The notes beneath the pieces are model-generated. The model was given only the letters and a program-made list of their open reading frames with translations. It ran no database searches and was not told the origin of the DNA. From contig JBLWVX010000014.1 of the NCBI GenBank assembly GCA_048268245.1, positions 1-62,810 of the forward strand: a DNA stretch of 62,810 nt, read 5' to 3'. The DNA comes from Arcobacteraceae bacterium. Its GTDB lineage: Bacteria > Campylobacterota > Campylobacteria > Campylobacterales > Arcobacteraceae. Positions 1 through 9,780 of the stretch are shown here, piece after piece; position 1 is the first letter of the stretch, and each line of letters opens with the position of its first letter. Position numbers and translations under genes: made by a program.

Positions 1-647
1 TAAAAGATATATATTAAAAATTAAGTTTGTATATTTAAAATAGGTTTTACTACTAGACAGTAATTTATAAAACTAAAATTGAAGAATAAAATTTTATGCA
101 CTTAATTATTTATGCATAAAATTACGTAGAATTATAATTGTTCTTATTACTTAATATATCTTGTAATGAGTTTTTTACAACATTACTTAGATCACTAGAT
201 GTTAACTGAGTATTTTTAGGTTTGTAGTTTTGAAATAAATCCATTGTTTGATTTTTTGCATCGTCATTTAAACTCAAAATTCTACTTGTATAATCTAAAA
301 TACCATTAAATATTATAATAAAATCACTATAAGCATCAAATTTGAAAGCACTTTATTTATTATATCAAGATTTTAGCTAAGTTAGATAAATAAAGATTTA
401 ATAGAAAGTCAATAGAGATTTTAAAAAAAAATTAAGTTAAACCATTATACAAAATTAACAAAATATATTAGTAAAAATACTATTAAAATGTTACATATTT
501 TAAAATAAAAACAATAAAATTTAAGCCTAATTTACTTTTATGTGTAATCTTTAAAGGTCTATTTTTATTATCTTTATTTGCATTAGAGTCACTATTTTAA
601 GGGGTTTTGATTAGTTTTATGAATATTTTATTTATCTTGATGAAGAG

Positions 648-674
648 AAAAGATTTACTTTAAGTAAATCTTTT
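648..674. terminator. Intrinsic terminator-like hairpin downstream of the recombinase-like gene
   Basis: AAAAGATTTACTT-T-AAGTAAATCTTTT perfect inverted repeat 20 bp past the stop of 695..1336(-). Confidence 0.6.
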
Positions 675-694
675 TTACCCTTGATATTGATTTT

Positions 695-1336
695 TTAGCT
701 TGCAATATCAAGGGTGCTTGGCAAATTTTCTCTAATTTTTCTCTTTTTAACATAATTATTTAATCCAATATGATTATTATATCCAAGGAGTTTTGCTATC
801 TTTCTTACTGATAAACCTACAGCTAGAAGCTCTTCAATTTTATCTCTTTGTTTATCAAATTTAGATTTTTGAATAGTACCTTTTGGTTTCCCTAAACTTG
901 CACCACTTAATTTTTTAGCAGTTAAAGCCTCTTTTGTTCTTAAACTCATTAAATCTTTTTCAAGATTTACAGTCATCGATATTACACCTAAAATCATTTG
1001 AGTTAACATATCTTTGTCATCAACTAAATCTAAATTCTGGTTTGAAACAAGAATTCTAATCTTATTTGAAAGTAAAAATTTCACAATCTCTAAAATATTC
1101 TCTACAGTACGACCAAATACATTTAAATCTGCAACAATTATTGTTGAATTTTTTTCACAACTCTTCAAAAGTTCTAAAATATTTTTTTCATCACTTGAAC
1201 TATTTATCTCAATCTCTATGCATTTATAAACATCGATTTTATTCTTTTGGATGTAAGCATCTAAACTATCTTTTTGTGCTTGTGTATACTTTTCATTATT
1301 TTTATTAATTCTTACGTATGTGAAATTCTTAGACAT
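695..1336 (-). CDS. Resolvase/invertase-type serine recombinase family protein, catalytic motif degenerate
   Basis: N-terminal TYVR, helix 'EKDLMSLRTKEAL..KKLSG..LGKP', C-terminal HTH 'GLSVRKIAKLLG'; YxRVS reads YVRIN. Confidence 0.8.
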   Translation of the reverse strand: MSKNFTYVRINKNNEKYTQAQKDSLDAYIQKNKIDVYKCIEIEINSSSDEKNILELLKSCEKNSTIIVADLNVFGRTVENILEIVKFLLSNKIRILVSNQNLDLVDDKDMLTQMILGVISMTVNLEKDLMSLRTKEALTAKKLSGASLGKPKGTIQKSKFDKQRDKIEELLAVGLSVRKIAKLLGYNNHIGLNNYVKKRKIRENLPSTLDIAS

Positions 1337-1558
1337 ATTTTAACCTTTACAATAAGTATATTATTTAAATTAATATAAAAACATAGTGTTTACTTATATA
1401 CATTTAAAATTTATACAAAATGTTATTATACATACACTTAATAATTGCTTAAAACATTATTATAAACAAGTGCTTTTTATTATTAATTTTCTTTGTTTGA
1501 ATTCAAAGCTTTTTTTTGATATTATTTTTTTACTTTATAAACAGCAGAAAGGTTTCAT

Positions 1559-2113
1559 TTGAAAATTACAGTTGCTATATCTGGGGCTAGTGGGTCTAAT
1601 CTTGGGCTTAATTTCATAAAAAAAATCCCTGAAAATATTGAAGTTTTTTTGGTTGTTTCAAAAAGTGCAAAAACTGCACTAAAACTTGAAACAGGACTAA
1701 GCTTAAGAAAAGAGTTTGAACAAAAAGACAATGTCACTATTTTTGATGATTCAAATATAGCTGCACCAATAGCATCTGGTTCTTTTCAAGTCGATAAAAT
1801 GATTGTAATTCCTTGTTCAATGAATACTTTAGCTAAGTGTTCAGTGGGAATTTCTGATTCTTTGATAACAAGAGCTTTTACTGTTATGCTAAAAGAAAGA
1901 AGAGAAATCATTCTATGTCCAAGAGAAATGCCTTTTAATCCTATAGCTTTAGAGAACATGTTAAAACTATCAAAACTAGGAGTGACTATTGCTCCTCCTG
2001 TTTTAGGTTACTACTCTGAACAAAAAAGCTTAGAGGATATGGAAAACTTTTTAATTGGGAAATGGTTTGATTTATTAAAAATAGAACACAATTTATTTAA
2101 AAGATGGGAATAG
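1559..2113 (+). CDS. ubiX: UbiX family flavin prenyltransferase
   Basis: AISGASG, APIASGS, PCSMNTLAK, RAFTVMLKERR..PREMP motifs; TTG start after AAAGG. Confidence 0.92.
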   Translation: MKITVAISGASGSNLGLNFIKKIPENIEVFLVVSKSAKTALKLETGLSLRKEFEQKDNVTIFDDSNIAAPIASGSFQVDKMIVIPCSMNTLAKCSVGISDSLITRAFTVMLKERREIILCPREMPFNPIALENMLKLSKLGVTIAPPVLGYYSEQKSLEDMENFLIGKWFDLLKIEHNLFKRWE

Positions 2114-2117
2114 TAAA

Positions 2118-2606
2118 ATGTCTGAAACACAAGATAATACAACATATAGAAAAGCTATTTATAGTGGAACTTTTGACCCTATTACAAATGGTCATTTAGA
2201 TATTATTAGAAGAGCTTCAAATATCTTTGATGAAGTAATCATTGCAGTTGCAAAAAGTGAAAGAAAAGGACCTATGTTCTCACATGAAGATAGAGTTAAA
2301 TTCACACAAGCTTCAACATCTCATATAAAAAATGTAAGAGTTGAAGGCTTTGATACTTTACTTGTAGAATTTGCTACACAACAAAAAGTTAATACAATTA
2401 TTAGAGGATTAAGAGCCGTATCTGATTTTGAGTATGAACTTCAAATGGGTTATGCAAACTCTTCAATCAATAATAAAATAGAGACTTTATACCTAATGCC
2501 TACATTAGAAAATGCCTTTGTTTCATCTACAATTGTAAGAGAAATTATTAGGTTTGATGGAAAATTCCAACACCTTATACCAAAAGAAGTATTAGAATGT
2601 ATGTAG
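2118..2606 (+). CDS. coaD: Phosphopantetheine adenylyltransferase
   Basis: GTFDPITNGHLDII, RGLRAVSDFEYE, VSSTIVRE. Confidence 0.97.
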   Translation: MSETQDNTTYRKAIYSGTFDPITNGHLDIIRRASNIFDEVIIAVAKSERKGPMFSHEDRVKFTQASTSHIKNVRVEGFDTLLVEFATQQKVNTIIRGLRAVSDFEYELQMGYANSSINNKIETLYLMPTLENAFVSSTIVREIIRFDGKFQHLIPKEVLECM

Positions 2607-3166
2607 TAATTGAAGGAATTGACACAGCAGGAAAATCAACACAACTTGCATTATTACAAAAAAAATATCCTGATGCAGTTTTTACAAAAGAACCAGGAGG
2701 AACTCCTATTGGTTCAAAATTAAGAACTATGGCATTAAATGGAGAAGCTAACTCAAACATTGCAGAAATGTTTTTATTTTTAGCAGATAGAGCTGAACAT
2801 ATAGAAGAAGTTGTAGTTAAAAATAAAGAAAAAGTTGTAATATCAGATAGGTCTATGATTTCAGGAATTGCGTATGCATCACTTTTTGAATTAGATAAAA
2901 TGATAGAGTTAAACTTATTAGCAACTAATAACACTCTTCCAACTCATGCTATCTTATTGGAACTATCTCCTTCTGAGTTAAAACATAGACTATCGCAAAA
3001 ACAAAATGATGCTATTGAGCTTAGAGGAATTAATTACTTATTAAACATTCAAAACAGAATGAAAGAAACAATAAAAAAACTAGCTATCAATCATAAATTT
3101 ATTGATGCAAGTTTAAGTATAGAAGAAATAGAAAAACAAATAGAGGAATTTTTAAATGGCAAATAA
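2597..3166 (+). CDS. tmk: Thymidylate kinase
   Basis: IEGIDTAGKST P-loop, KEPGGT, LFLADRAEH, ISDR. Confidence 0.96.
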   Translation: MYVVIEGIDTAGKSTQLALLQKKYPDAVFTKEPGGTPIGSKLRTMALNGEANSNIAEMFLFLADRAEHIEEVVVKNKEKVVISDRSMISGIAYASLFELDKMIELNLLATNNTLPTHAILLELSPSELKHRLSQKQNDAIELRGINYLLNIQNRMKETIKKLAINHKFIDASLSIEEIEKQIEEFLNGK

Positions 3167-4391
3167 ACAAAACAATCAAACTATTCAAAGTCTAAGAGGA
3201 ATGAAAGATATAGTAAATGATGAAAGTAAATTATTTACCTATTTCATAGATAATGCATGTGCCATTGCTAAGAAGTATGGCTTTTCATATATCGAAACTC
3301 CAATTTTAGAAGAGACTGCACTATTTAAAAGATCAGTTGGTGAAAGCTCTGATATTGTAAACAAAGAGATGTATAACTTTGTTGATAAGGGTGAAAACAA
3401 TGTTTGTATGAGACCTGAGGGAACAGCAGGTGTTGTAAGACACTTCGTAGAAAAGAAGCTTGATAGAGCTGGTGGAACTCAAAGATGGTACTACTATGGG
3501 CCTATGTTTAGATATGAAAGACCACAAAAAGGAAGATTAAGAGAATTCCATCAATTTGGTTGTGAAGTATTTGGTGTTGATTCTGTAATAGAAGACGCAA
3601 ATATTATTATGATGATAAAAGATATTTTAGACTTTTTCCAAATTGGATTTAAACTTCAACTAAACTCACTAGGTGATCATAACTGTATGCCTCAATATAA
3701 AGAGAATTTAGTTGAGCATTTAAACTCATTTAAAGATGAGCTTTGTGAAGATTGTCAAAAAAGAATTGAAACTAACCCTATTAGAGTTTTAGATTGTAAA
3801 GTTGAGTCTTGTCAAGAAAAACTTGTAGATGCTCCAAAAATTACTCATAATTTATGTGAGTCTTGTGATACTGATTTTGAGAAATTAAAAGAGATTTTAG
3901 ACTTCAATGGTGTAGAATATGAAATAGATACAAACTTAGTTAGAGGATTAGATTACTACTCTAAAACTGCATTTGAATTTGTAAGTGATGAAATTGGTGC
4001 ACAAAGTGCAATAGCAGGTGGTGGAAGATATGACAGATTAGTTGAGTTCCTAGGTGGAAGACCAACTCCTGGTGTTGGTTTTGCTATTGGAATTGAAAGA
4101 CTACTTGAACTTGTAAAAATGAAAGAAGAAAAAGAGGATGTAATTTATATTGGAGCTTTAGATGAAGTTTCTTTAAATACAGCTATTAAACTTGCTATTC
4201 AAAAAAGAAAAACTACAAAAACTTTAGTAGAGTATACACCAAGAGGTTTTGGTAAACACTTTAAACTAGCAGAAAAACAAGGTGCTAACATAGTTGCCCT
4301 AATTGGTGAAAAAGAGTTAAATGATGGAACAATATTTGTAAAAGATATTGAAAAAAGAGAAGAAAGTACTATTAAACAAGAGGATTTTTAA
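3156..4391 (+). CDS. hisS: Histidine--tRNA ligase
   Basis: RPEGTAG, FRYERPQKGRLREFHQ, LVRGLDYY, GGGRYD. Confidence 0.98.
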   Translation: MANKQNNQTIQSLRGMKDIVNDESKLFTYFIDNACAIAKKYGFSYIETPILEETALFKRSVGESSDIVNKEMYNFVDKGENNVCMRPEGTAGVVRHFVEKKLDRAGGTQRWYYYGPMFRYERPQKGRLREFHQFGCEVFGVDSVIEDANIIMMIKDILDFFQIGFKLQLNSLGDHNCMPQYKENLVEHLNSFKDELCEDCQKRIETNPIRVLDCKVESCQEKLVDAPKITHNLCESCDTDFEKLKEILDFNGVEYEIDTNLVRGLDYYSKTAFEFVSDEIGAQSAIAGGGRYDRLVEFLGGRPTPGVGFAIGIERLLELVKMKEEKEDVIYIGALDEVSLNTAIKLAIQKRKTTKTLVEYTPRGFGKHFKLAEKQGANIVALIGEKELNDGTIFVKDIEKREESTIKQEDF

Positions 4392-4393
4392 TA

Positions 4394-6190
4394 TTGAATA
4401 ATTATGGTATTGATATTTGGAGTGATGAGAACTTCATAATTGAAGATGGTTTAGCAAAAGTAAACTATAACTGTAAACCATCTTTAATCTCACTTGTAAG
4501 ACAAATAAGAGAACAAGATTTTAAAGGTCCCCTACTTTTAAGATTTCCACACATTACAAAAAAACAAATAGGTACACTTTATGATACTTTTAATAACAGT
4601 ATTAAAGAGTATAACTATAATGGAAATTTTAATGCTGTTTTTCCTTTAAAGGTAAATCAATTACCCAATTTTGTTCACCCTTTAATAAAAAATGGTGAAG
4701 AGTTTAACTATGGTTTAGAAGCTGGAAGTAAAGCAGAACTTGTTATTGCTATGACATACAATAACTCAAACTCTCCTATTACTGTAAATGGATTTAAAGA
4801 TAAAGAGATGATTCACTTAGCTTTTATCGCAAAAAGCAAGGGCCATAATATTACTGTTATAATTGAAGGTTTAAATGAACTTGAAACAATTATTCAAGTT
4901 CAAAAGGAAACAAACCTTCCATGTCCAAATATTGGATTAAGAGTAAGACTTCATAGTGGAGGAAGTGGACTTTGGGCTAAAAGTGGAGGTATAAACTCAA
5001 AGTTTGGTTTATCTTCAACTGAGATTATTGAAGCTTATGAGTTACTAGAAGAGAATAAAATGCTTGAGTTCTTAACAATGATTCATTTTCATATTGGTTC
5101 AGATATGAATTCAATTAAACCTTTGAAAAAAGCTTTAAGAGAATCAGGGCATATTTATGCAGAACTTAAAAACCTTGGAGCAAGTAGTTTAAATAATATA
5201 AACATTGGTGGAGGATTAGCAGTAGAGTACTCTTCTTATGAAAGAACAAGATTTTATTCATTAAGAGAGTTTGCAAGTGATGTAATCTTTACATTAAAAG
5301 ATATTGCAAAACAAAAGGGTGTTGAAGAACCAAATATCTTTACAGAATCAGGAAGATTTATTTCTGCTGGGTCAACTGTTCTAATTACACCTGTACTTGA
5401 ACTATTCTCTTCTGAATATGATTTAAAACATTTAAATCTAAAAGAAAAAAATCCTCCTTTAATTGCTGAATTAAATGCCCTATATCGTGATATGGTAAAA
5501 AGAACAGCATATGAATATATGCATGATGCAATGGATCATATGGAATCACTTTTAACTCTGTTTGATTTAGGTTATATAAATTTACAAGATAGATCAAATG
5601 CAGAAATTTTAACTCATCAAATTATCAAAAAAGCAATTGCTTTACTTGAAGTTGAAGATTATGAAGATTTAAAAAAGCTTGATGAGAACATTCAAGAAAA
5701 ATATCTTTTAAATTTTTCTATGTTTCAGTCACTTCCAGATTACTGGGGTATAAATCAAGAGTTTCCAGTGATGCCTTTAACTCATCTAGACAAAAAGCCA
5801 ACAAGAAGTGCAAGCTTATGGGATATTACTTGTGATAGTGATGGAGAACTTCCTTTTAATTCTCAAAGACCATTATATTTACATGATGTAAATTTAGAAA
5901 AAGAAGATTACTTTTTAGGATTTTTTAATGTGGGAGCATATCAAGACACATTAGGTATGAAACACAACTTATTTTCACAACCAACAGAAGTAAATGTCGT
6001 TTTTAAAGAAAATGAGGTAAAACTTGAAAAAATCATAGAATCACAAAAGATTATTGATATTCTTGATGATATTGACTATGATACAAGAGAAATAAAAGAT
6101 AAATTAAAAGAAAATTTAGATATTAATACATATCAGATATTAAAAAAATATTTAAATGAGAACAGTTATTTAAAAACAACATGGAGTTAA
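4394..6190 (+). CDS. speA: Biosynthetic arginine decarboxylase
   Basis: FPLKVNQ PLP lysine, GLEAGSKAEL, HFHIGS, GGGLAV, ESGR, SLPDYWGI, TCDSDG, GAYQ. Confidence 0.95.
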   Translation: MNNYGIDIWSDENFIIEDGLAKVNYNCKPSLISLVRQIREQDFKGPLLLRFPHITKKQIGTLYDTFNNSIKEYNYNGNFNAVFPLKVNQLPNFVHPLIKNGEEFNYGLEAGSKAELVIAMTYNNSNSPITVNGFKDKEMIHLAFIAKSKGHNITVIIEGLNELETIIQVQKETNLPCPNIGLRVRLHSGGSGLWAKSGGINSKFGLSSTEIIEAYELLEENKMLEFLTMIHFHIGSDMNSIKPLKKALRESGHIYAELKNLGASSLNNINIGGGLAVEYSSYERTRFYSLREFASDVIFTLKDIAKQKGVEEPNIFTESGRFISAGSTVLITPVLELFSSEYDLKHLNLKEKNPPLIAELNALYRDMVKRTAYEYMHDAMDHMESLLTLFDLGYINLQDRSNAEILTHQIIKKAIALLEVEDYEDLKKLDENIQEKYLLNFSMFQSLPDYWGINQEFPVMPLTHLDKKPTRSASLWDITCDSDGELPFNSQRPLYLHDVNLEKEDYFLGFFNVGAYQDTLGMKHNLFSQPTEVNVVFKENEVKLEKIIESQKIIDILDDIDYDTREIKDKLKENLDINTYQILKKYLNENSYLKTTWS

Positions 6191-6192
6191 TC

Positions 6193-6972
6193 ATGAATGA
6201 AGAAAAAGACATACATGAACAAATAAAAGAAAAAATATTAAAAGAACAAAGTAAGATCAGTCTTTGGCAACAAATAAAAGAAGACTTTTCTGTACCAAAA
6301 CAAAATGACCCTGCGCTTAATTCAAATTTTGAACTATTTTTTAATTACCCAGGTGTTTGGGCAATTGTAAATCACAGAATCGCAAATAGATTATATAACA
6401 AAGGTTGGACTAAACTTTCAAGATTTATTGTAGGAATTAGTTCACTATTTACAAAAACTGATATTCACCCTGCTGCAACTATTGGAAGAAGAGTATTTAT
6501 CGACCATGCTATTGGTGTAGTTATTGGTGCAACTTGTGTAATTGAAGAAGATGTATTAATCTACCAATGTGTAACACTTGGTGGAGTAAGTCTTGATAAA
6601 GGGAAAAGACACCCTACTGTAAAAGCAAATGCAGTTATAGGAAGTGGTGCAAAGGTTTTAGGAAACATCATAATTGGAAAAAACTCAAAAGTTGGAGCAA
6701 ACTCTGTTGTAGTTTGTGATGTGCCAAAAAACTCAACAGCTGTTGGTGTTCCTGCAAAAATTATCAAAAAAGATAATAAAAACTGCAAGCTTGCCCATGG
6801 TGATTTACCTGATATTAATAAAGAGATGTTTAAATACCTTATTGAAAGAATTCATGTTTTAGAAGTAGCACTAAAAGAAGAAGATGGAATTGATGTAAGT
6901 GATAAAGATAAAAAACTTGAAGAAGATTATAATAAGTTTATTAATGCAATGAACTCAATAAAAAAGAAATAA
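6193..6972 (+). CDS. cysE: Serine O-acetyltransferase
   Basis: DIHPAATIGRRVFIDHAIGVVIG, VTLGG..KRHPT hexapeptide repeats; start moved to ATG 6193 after GGAG and after the speA stop. Confidence 0.93.
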   Translation: MNEEKDIHEQIKEKILKEQSKISLWQQIKEDFSVPKQNDPALNSNFELFFNYPGVWAIVNHRIANRLYNKGWTKLSRFIVGISSLFTKTDIHPAATIGRRVFIDHAIGVVIGATCVIEEDVLIYQCVTLGGVSLDKGKRHPTVKANAVIGSGAKVLGNIIIGKNSKVGANSVVVCDVPKNSTAVGVPAKIIKKDNKNCKLAHGDLPDINKEMFKYLIERIHVLEVALKEEDGIDVSDKDKKLEEDYNKFINAMNSIKKK

Positions 6973-6973
6973 T

Positions 6974-7705
6974 ATGTTTGAATTAGCATCTTTTGGAATA
7001 TTAACTGGATTTATATCAGGTTTCTTTGGTGTAGGTGGAGGAATGATTCTTATACCTATGCTTTTAGTGTCTGGATTCATGATGAAAGAAGCTATTGCTA
7101 TATCTATTATGCAAATGGTTTTTTCATCTATTTATGGTACTTTTTTAAATACAAGAAAAGCAAAAAATATTCTAAAAGATGGTCTTATAATTGGTATTGG
7201 TGGTTTTGTAGGAGGTTTACAAAGTGGATTTATCGTATCAAATGTATCAAATCTTACTTTACAATACTTATTTATAGCTATTTTAATCTTCTCAATTATA
7301 AAAATATTTATAACGCCTGCTGAACATAAAGAAGAACCTCAAATAAAAAATAAGTTTACTCTTTTTATGATTGGTTTCTTTACAGGAATTATTGCTATGA
7401 GTATTGGAGTTGGTGGTTCTGTAATTTTAACTCCAATTTTGATAGGCTTTCTAAGATATGATTTAAAAGCAGCTACAGCTTTAGGTCTATTTTTTGTAGT
7501 ATTCTCATCTATTGCTGGATTTAGTTCTTTATCTTTAAATGGGCATATGCTTTTTACTGAGGGAGCTATAGTTGGACTTGCATCACTTGTGGGTGTTTAC
7601 TTTGGTATTAAAATTAAAAACATAGTTCATTCTAACTCATATAAAAAATATATTCTTTTACTAAATACAATTATCTTAATTGTAATGTTGTACAAAACTT
7701 TATAA
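6974..7705 (+). CDS. Sulfite exporter TauE/SafE family membrane protein
   Basis: Duplicated GF(I/F)(S/T)G..GVGG motif, about 8 hydrophobic segments. Confidence 0.85.
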   Translation: MFELASFGILTGFISGFFGVGGGMILIPMLLVSGFMMKEAIAISIMQMVFSSIYGTFLNTRKAKNILKDGLIIGIGGFVGGLQSGFIVSNVSNLTLQYLFIAILIFSIIKIFITPAEHKEEPQIKNKFTLFMIGFFTGIIAMSIGVGGSVILTPILIGFLRYDLKAATALGLFFVVFSSIAGFSSLSLNGHMLFTEGAIVGLASLVGVYFGIKIKNIVHSNSYKKYILLLNTIILIVMLYKTL

Positions 7706-7776
7706 ATTAGATAAAAAATTTGATTTGTAAACTACTTTTCAGTACTATTCGTTGTAAATAAAATATAAGGTTTAAT

Positions 7777-9594
7777 TTGAAAAATAACTTTTTAAAATTT
7801 ATTATTGAAAATAGTAGTGATATAGCTTATGAAATCAATTTAGAAAGTAAGAAAATAAAATGGTATAAAGACTTAAATGCCTTATTAGAGTATGATAAGA
7901 GTAAAAATTTATCAGATATTGACTCTTTTATTCAAATAATAAAAAAAAGTCATCGTAATATTTTTTTGGAAAAACTTACTATAAATGATGCTGAAAAAAG
8001 AAGTCTAAAGTATAAAATCAAAAAAAATAATAAAGAATTCCAAGAATGGATTGATACTTTTATAAAAGATGGAAACAAAATATTTGGTGTTTGTAAAATC
8101 AATTACAAAAAATTATCTCTTGAAGTAAAAAGAAGTAAAAAAAGATACCAAAAACTTTTTGAAGCAAATAAAATTCCAGTACTTGTAACATCTCTAAAAA
8201 CAGGTAAAATTATAAAAGCAAATAAAGCTGCCAATAAATTTTATGGTTATACATCAAAAGAGTTTAAAAAACTGCATATTACTGATATAAATACCCTGCC
8301 TTATGAAGACTTACAAAAAGATATCCAAAAAGCTTTAACTGATGAAAAAGAGTGTTTTAACTTTAAGCATAAAATCAAAACAGGAAAAATAATTGATGTT
8401 GAAGTTTATACAGGACCAATAAGTCTAAAAAAAGAAAACCTTATTTATTCTATTGTTTTTGATATTACAAAAAGAAAACAAGCCTTAAAGAAACTAAAAC
8501 TATCTGATACTATCTATGAAAATACTAAAGAAGGAATTTTTATTACTGATTTAGATACAAGAATTCTATCTGTAAATAAAGCCTTTGAAGACATCACAGG
8601 ATATAAAGAAAAAGAAGTACTAAATAAAAAAGTAAGCATTTTAAAATCAAACAAACACTCAAAAGCCTTTTATAATAATCTATGGAGTTCTATAAAGTCA
8701 AAAGGTTCATGGGAAGGTGAGATAATAAACAAAAATAAAAGAGGTGACTTTTTCCATCAATGGGTTACAATAAATTGTGTTTATGATGATAATAATCAAC
8801 CTACAAACTATATCTCTGTATTTACAGATTTTACAAAGTTAAAAGAACAAGAAAATCTTTTAAGAGAAAAAGATAAAATCATGTTCCAACAATCAAAAAT
8901 GGCTTCAATGGGTGAGATGTTAAAAAACATAGCTCATCAGTGGAGACAACCTTTATCTGTTATTACTTCATCTGCATCAGGTCTTAAACTAAAAAAAGAA
9001 TTTGGAATGTTAAGTGATGAAGATTTTAATGAATTTGCAGAAGGTATTTTAAAATCAGCAACTTATCTTTCTCAAACAATAGATGACTTTTCAAACTACT
9101 TCAAAAATAGCTCAGACCAAGAAGTGTTTTTAGTAAATGACGTAATAGAAAAAGCTATTCAATTAACTGATTCATCTTTAAAAAGCTTGGATATAAATGT
9201 AAATACAAACTTTGAAAAAGATAGTAAAATATTTGGAATTAAAAATGAACTTATTCAAGTTTTACTAAATATTATAAATAATTCTAAAGATGCTTATAAA
9301 AACTCTAAAGATATAAAAAAGACAATTGAAATTGAAACAAAAGAAGAGTTACTAAATGCGAGTATCACAATCAAAGATTTTGCAGGTGGAATTGATGAGG
9401 GGATTTTAGATAAAATATTTGAGCCATACTTTACAACAAAACATCAAAGCCAAGGAACAGGAATAGGACTTTATATGTCGAAGCAAATTGTTGAAGATAG
9501 ATTAAATGGCTCTATAAATGTTCAAAATATAAATGAAGACAATAAAAAAGGTGTAATGTTTAAAATACTTATTCCTATAAATGAGAAGAATTAA
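7777..9594 (+). CDS. Cytoplasmic multi-PAS sensor histidine kinase
   Basis: PAS segments (ANKAANKFYGY, VNKAFEDITGY..WEGEIINK), H-box IAHQWRQP, N/G boxes, FEPYFTTK, GTGIGL. Confidence 0.92.
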   Translation: MKNNFLKFIIENSSDIAYEINLESKKIKWYKDLNALLEYDKSKNLSDIDSFIQIIKKSHRNIFLEKLTINDAEKRSLKYKIKKNNKEFQEWIDTFIKDGNKIFGVCKINYKKLSLEVKRSKKRYQKLFEANKIPVLVTSLKTGKIIKANKAANKFYGYTSKEFKKLHITDINTLPYEDLQKDIQKALTDEKECFNFKHKIKTGKIIDVEVYTGPISLKKENLIYSIVFDITKRKQALKKLKLSDTIYENTKEGIFITDLDTRILSVNKAFEDITGYKEKEVLNKKVSILKSNKHSKAFYNNLWSSIKSKGSWEGEIINKNKRGDFFHQWVTINCVYDDNNQPTNYISVFTDFTKLKEQENLLREKDKIMFQQSKMASMGEMLKNIAHQWRQPLSVITSSASGLKLKKEFGMLSDEDFNEFAEGILKSATYLSQTIDDFSNYFKNSSDQEVFLVNDVIEKAIQLTDSSLKSLDINVNTNFEKDSKIFGIKNELIQVLLNIINNSKDAYKNSKDIKKTIEIETKEELLNASITIKDFAGGIDEGILDKIFEPYFTTKHQSQGTGIGLYMSKQIVEDRLNGSINVQNINEDNKKGVMFKILIPINEKN

Positions 9595-9780
9595 AATAGA
9601 GGTTTTCTAAAGTTCAATATTCTATTATATATATGATAAAAGCAGTAGCTATTAAATGGCTATTGTGGATTATTATTCTTTTTATAATTGATTTATAGAC
9701 TTATTCGATAGCATAGTCTCCTAAGAAAAAAAATGCTAACATATATTATAAATCATGGATATATTTCCAAAAGGTTAACA

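Noticed and set aside
122..352. Stop-free 77-codon minus-strand frame near the window start
   Set aside because: No convincing RBS/start pair or motif; could be a remnant but cannot be supported.
695..1336. Transposon or invertible-segment role for the recombinase
   Set aside because: No transposase, res sites or flanking inverted repeats recognised, and the catalytic Ser is missing.
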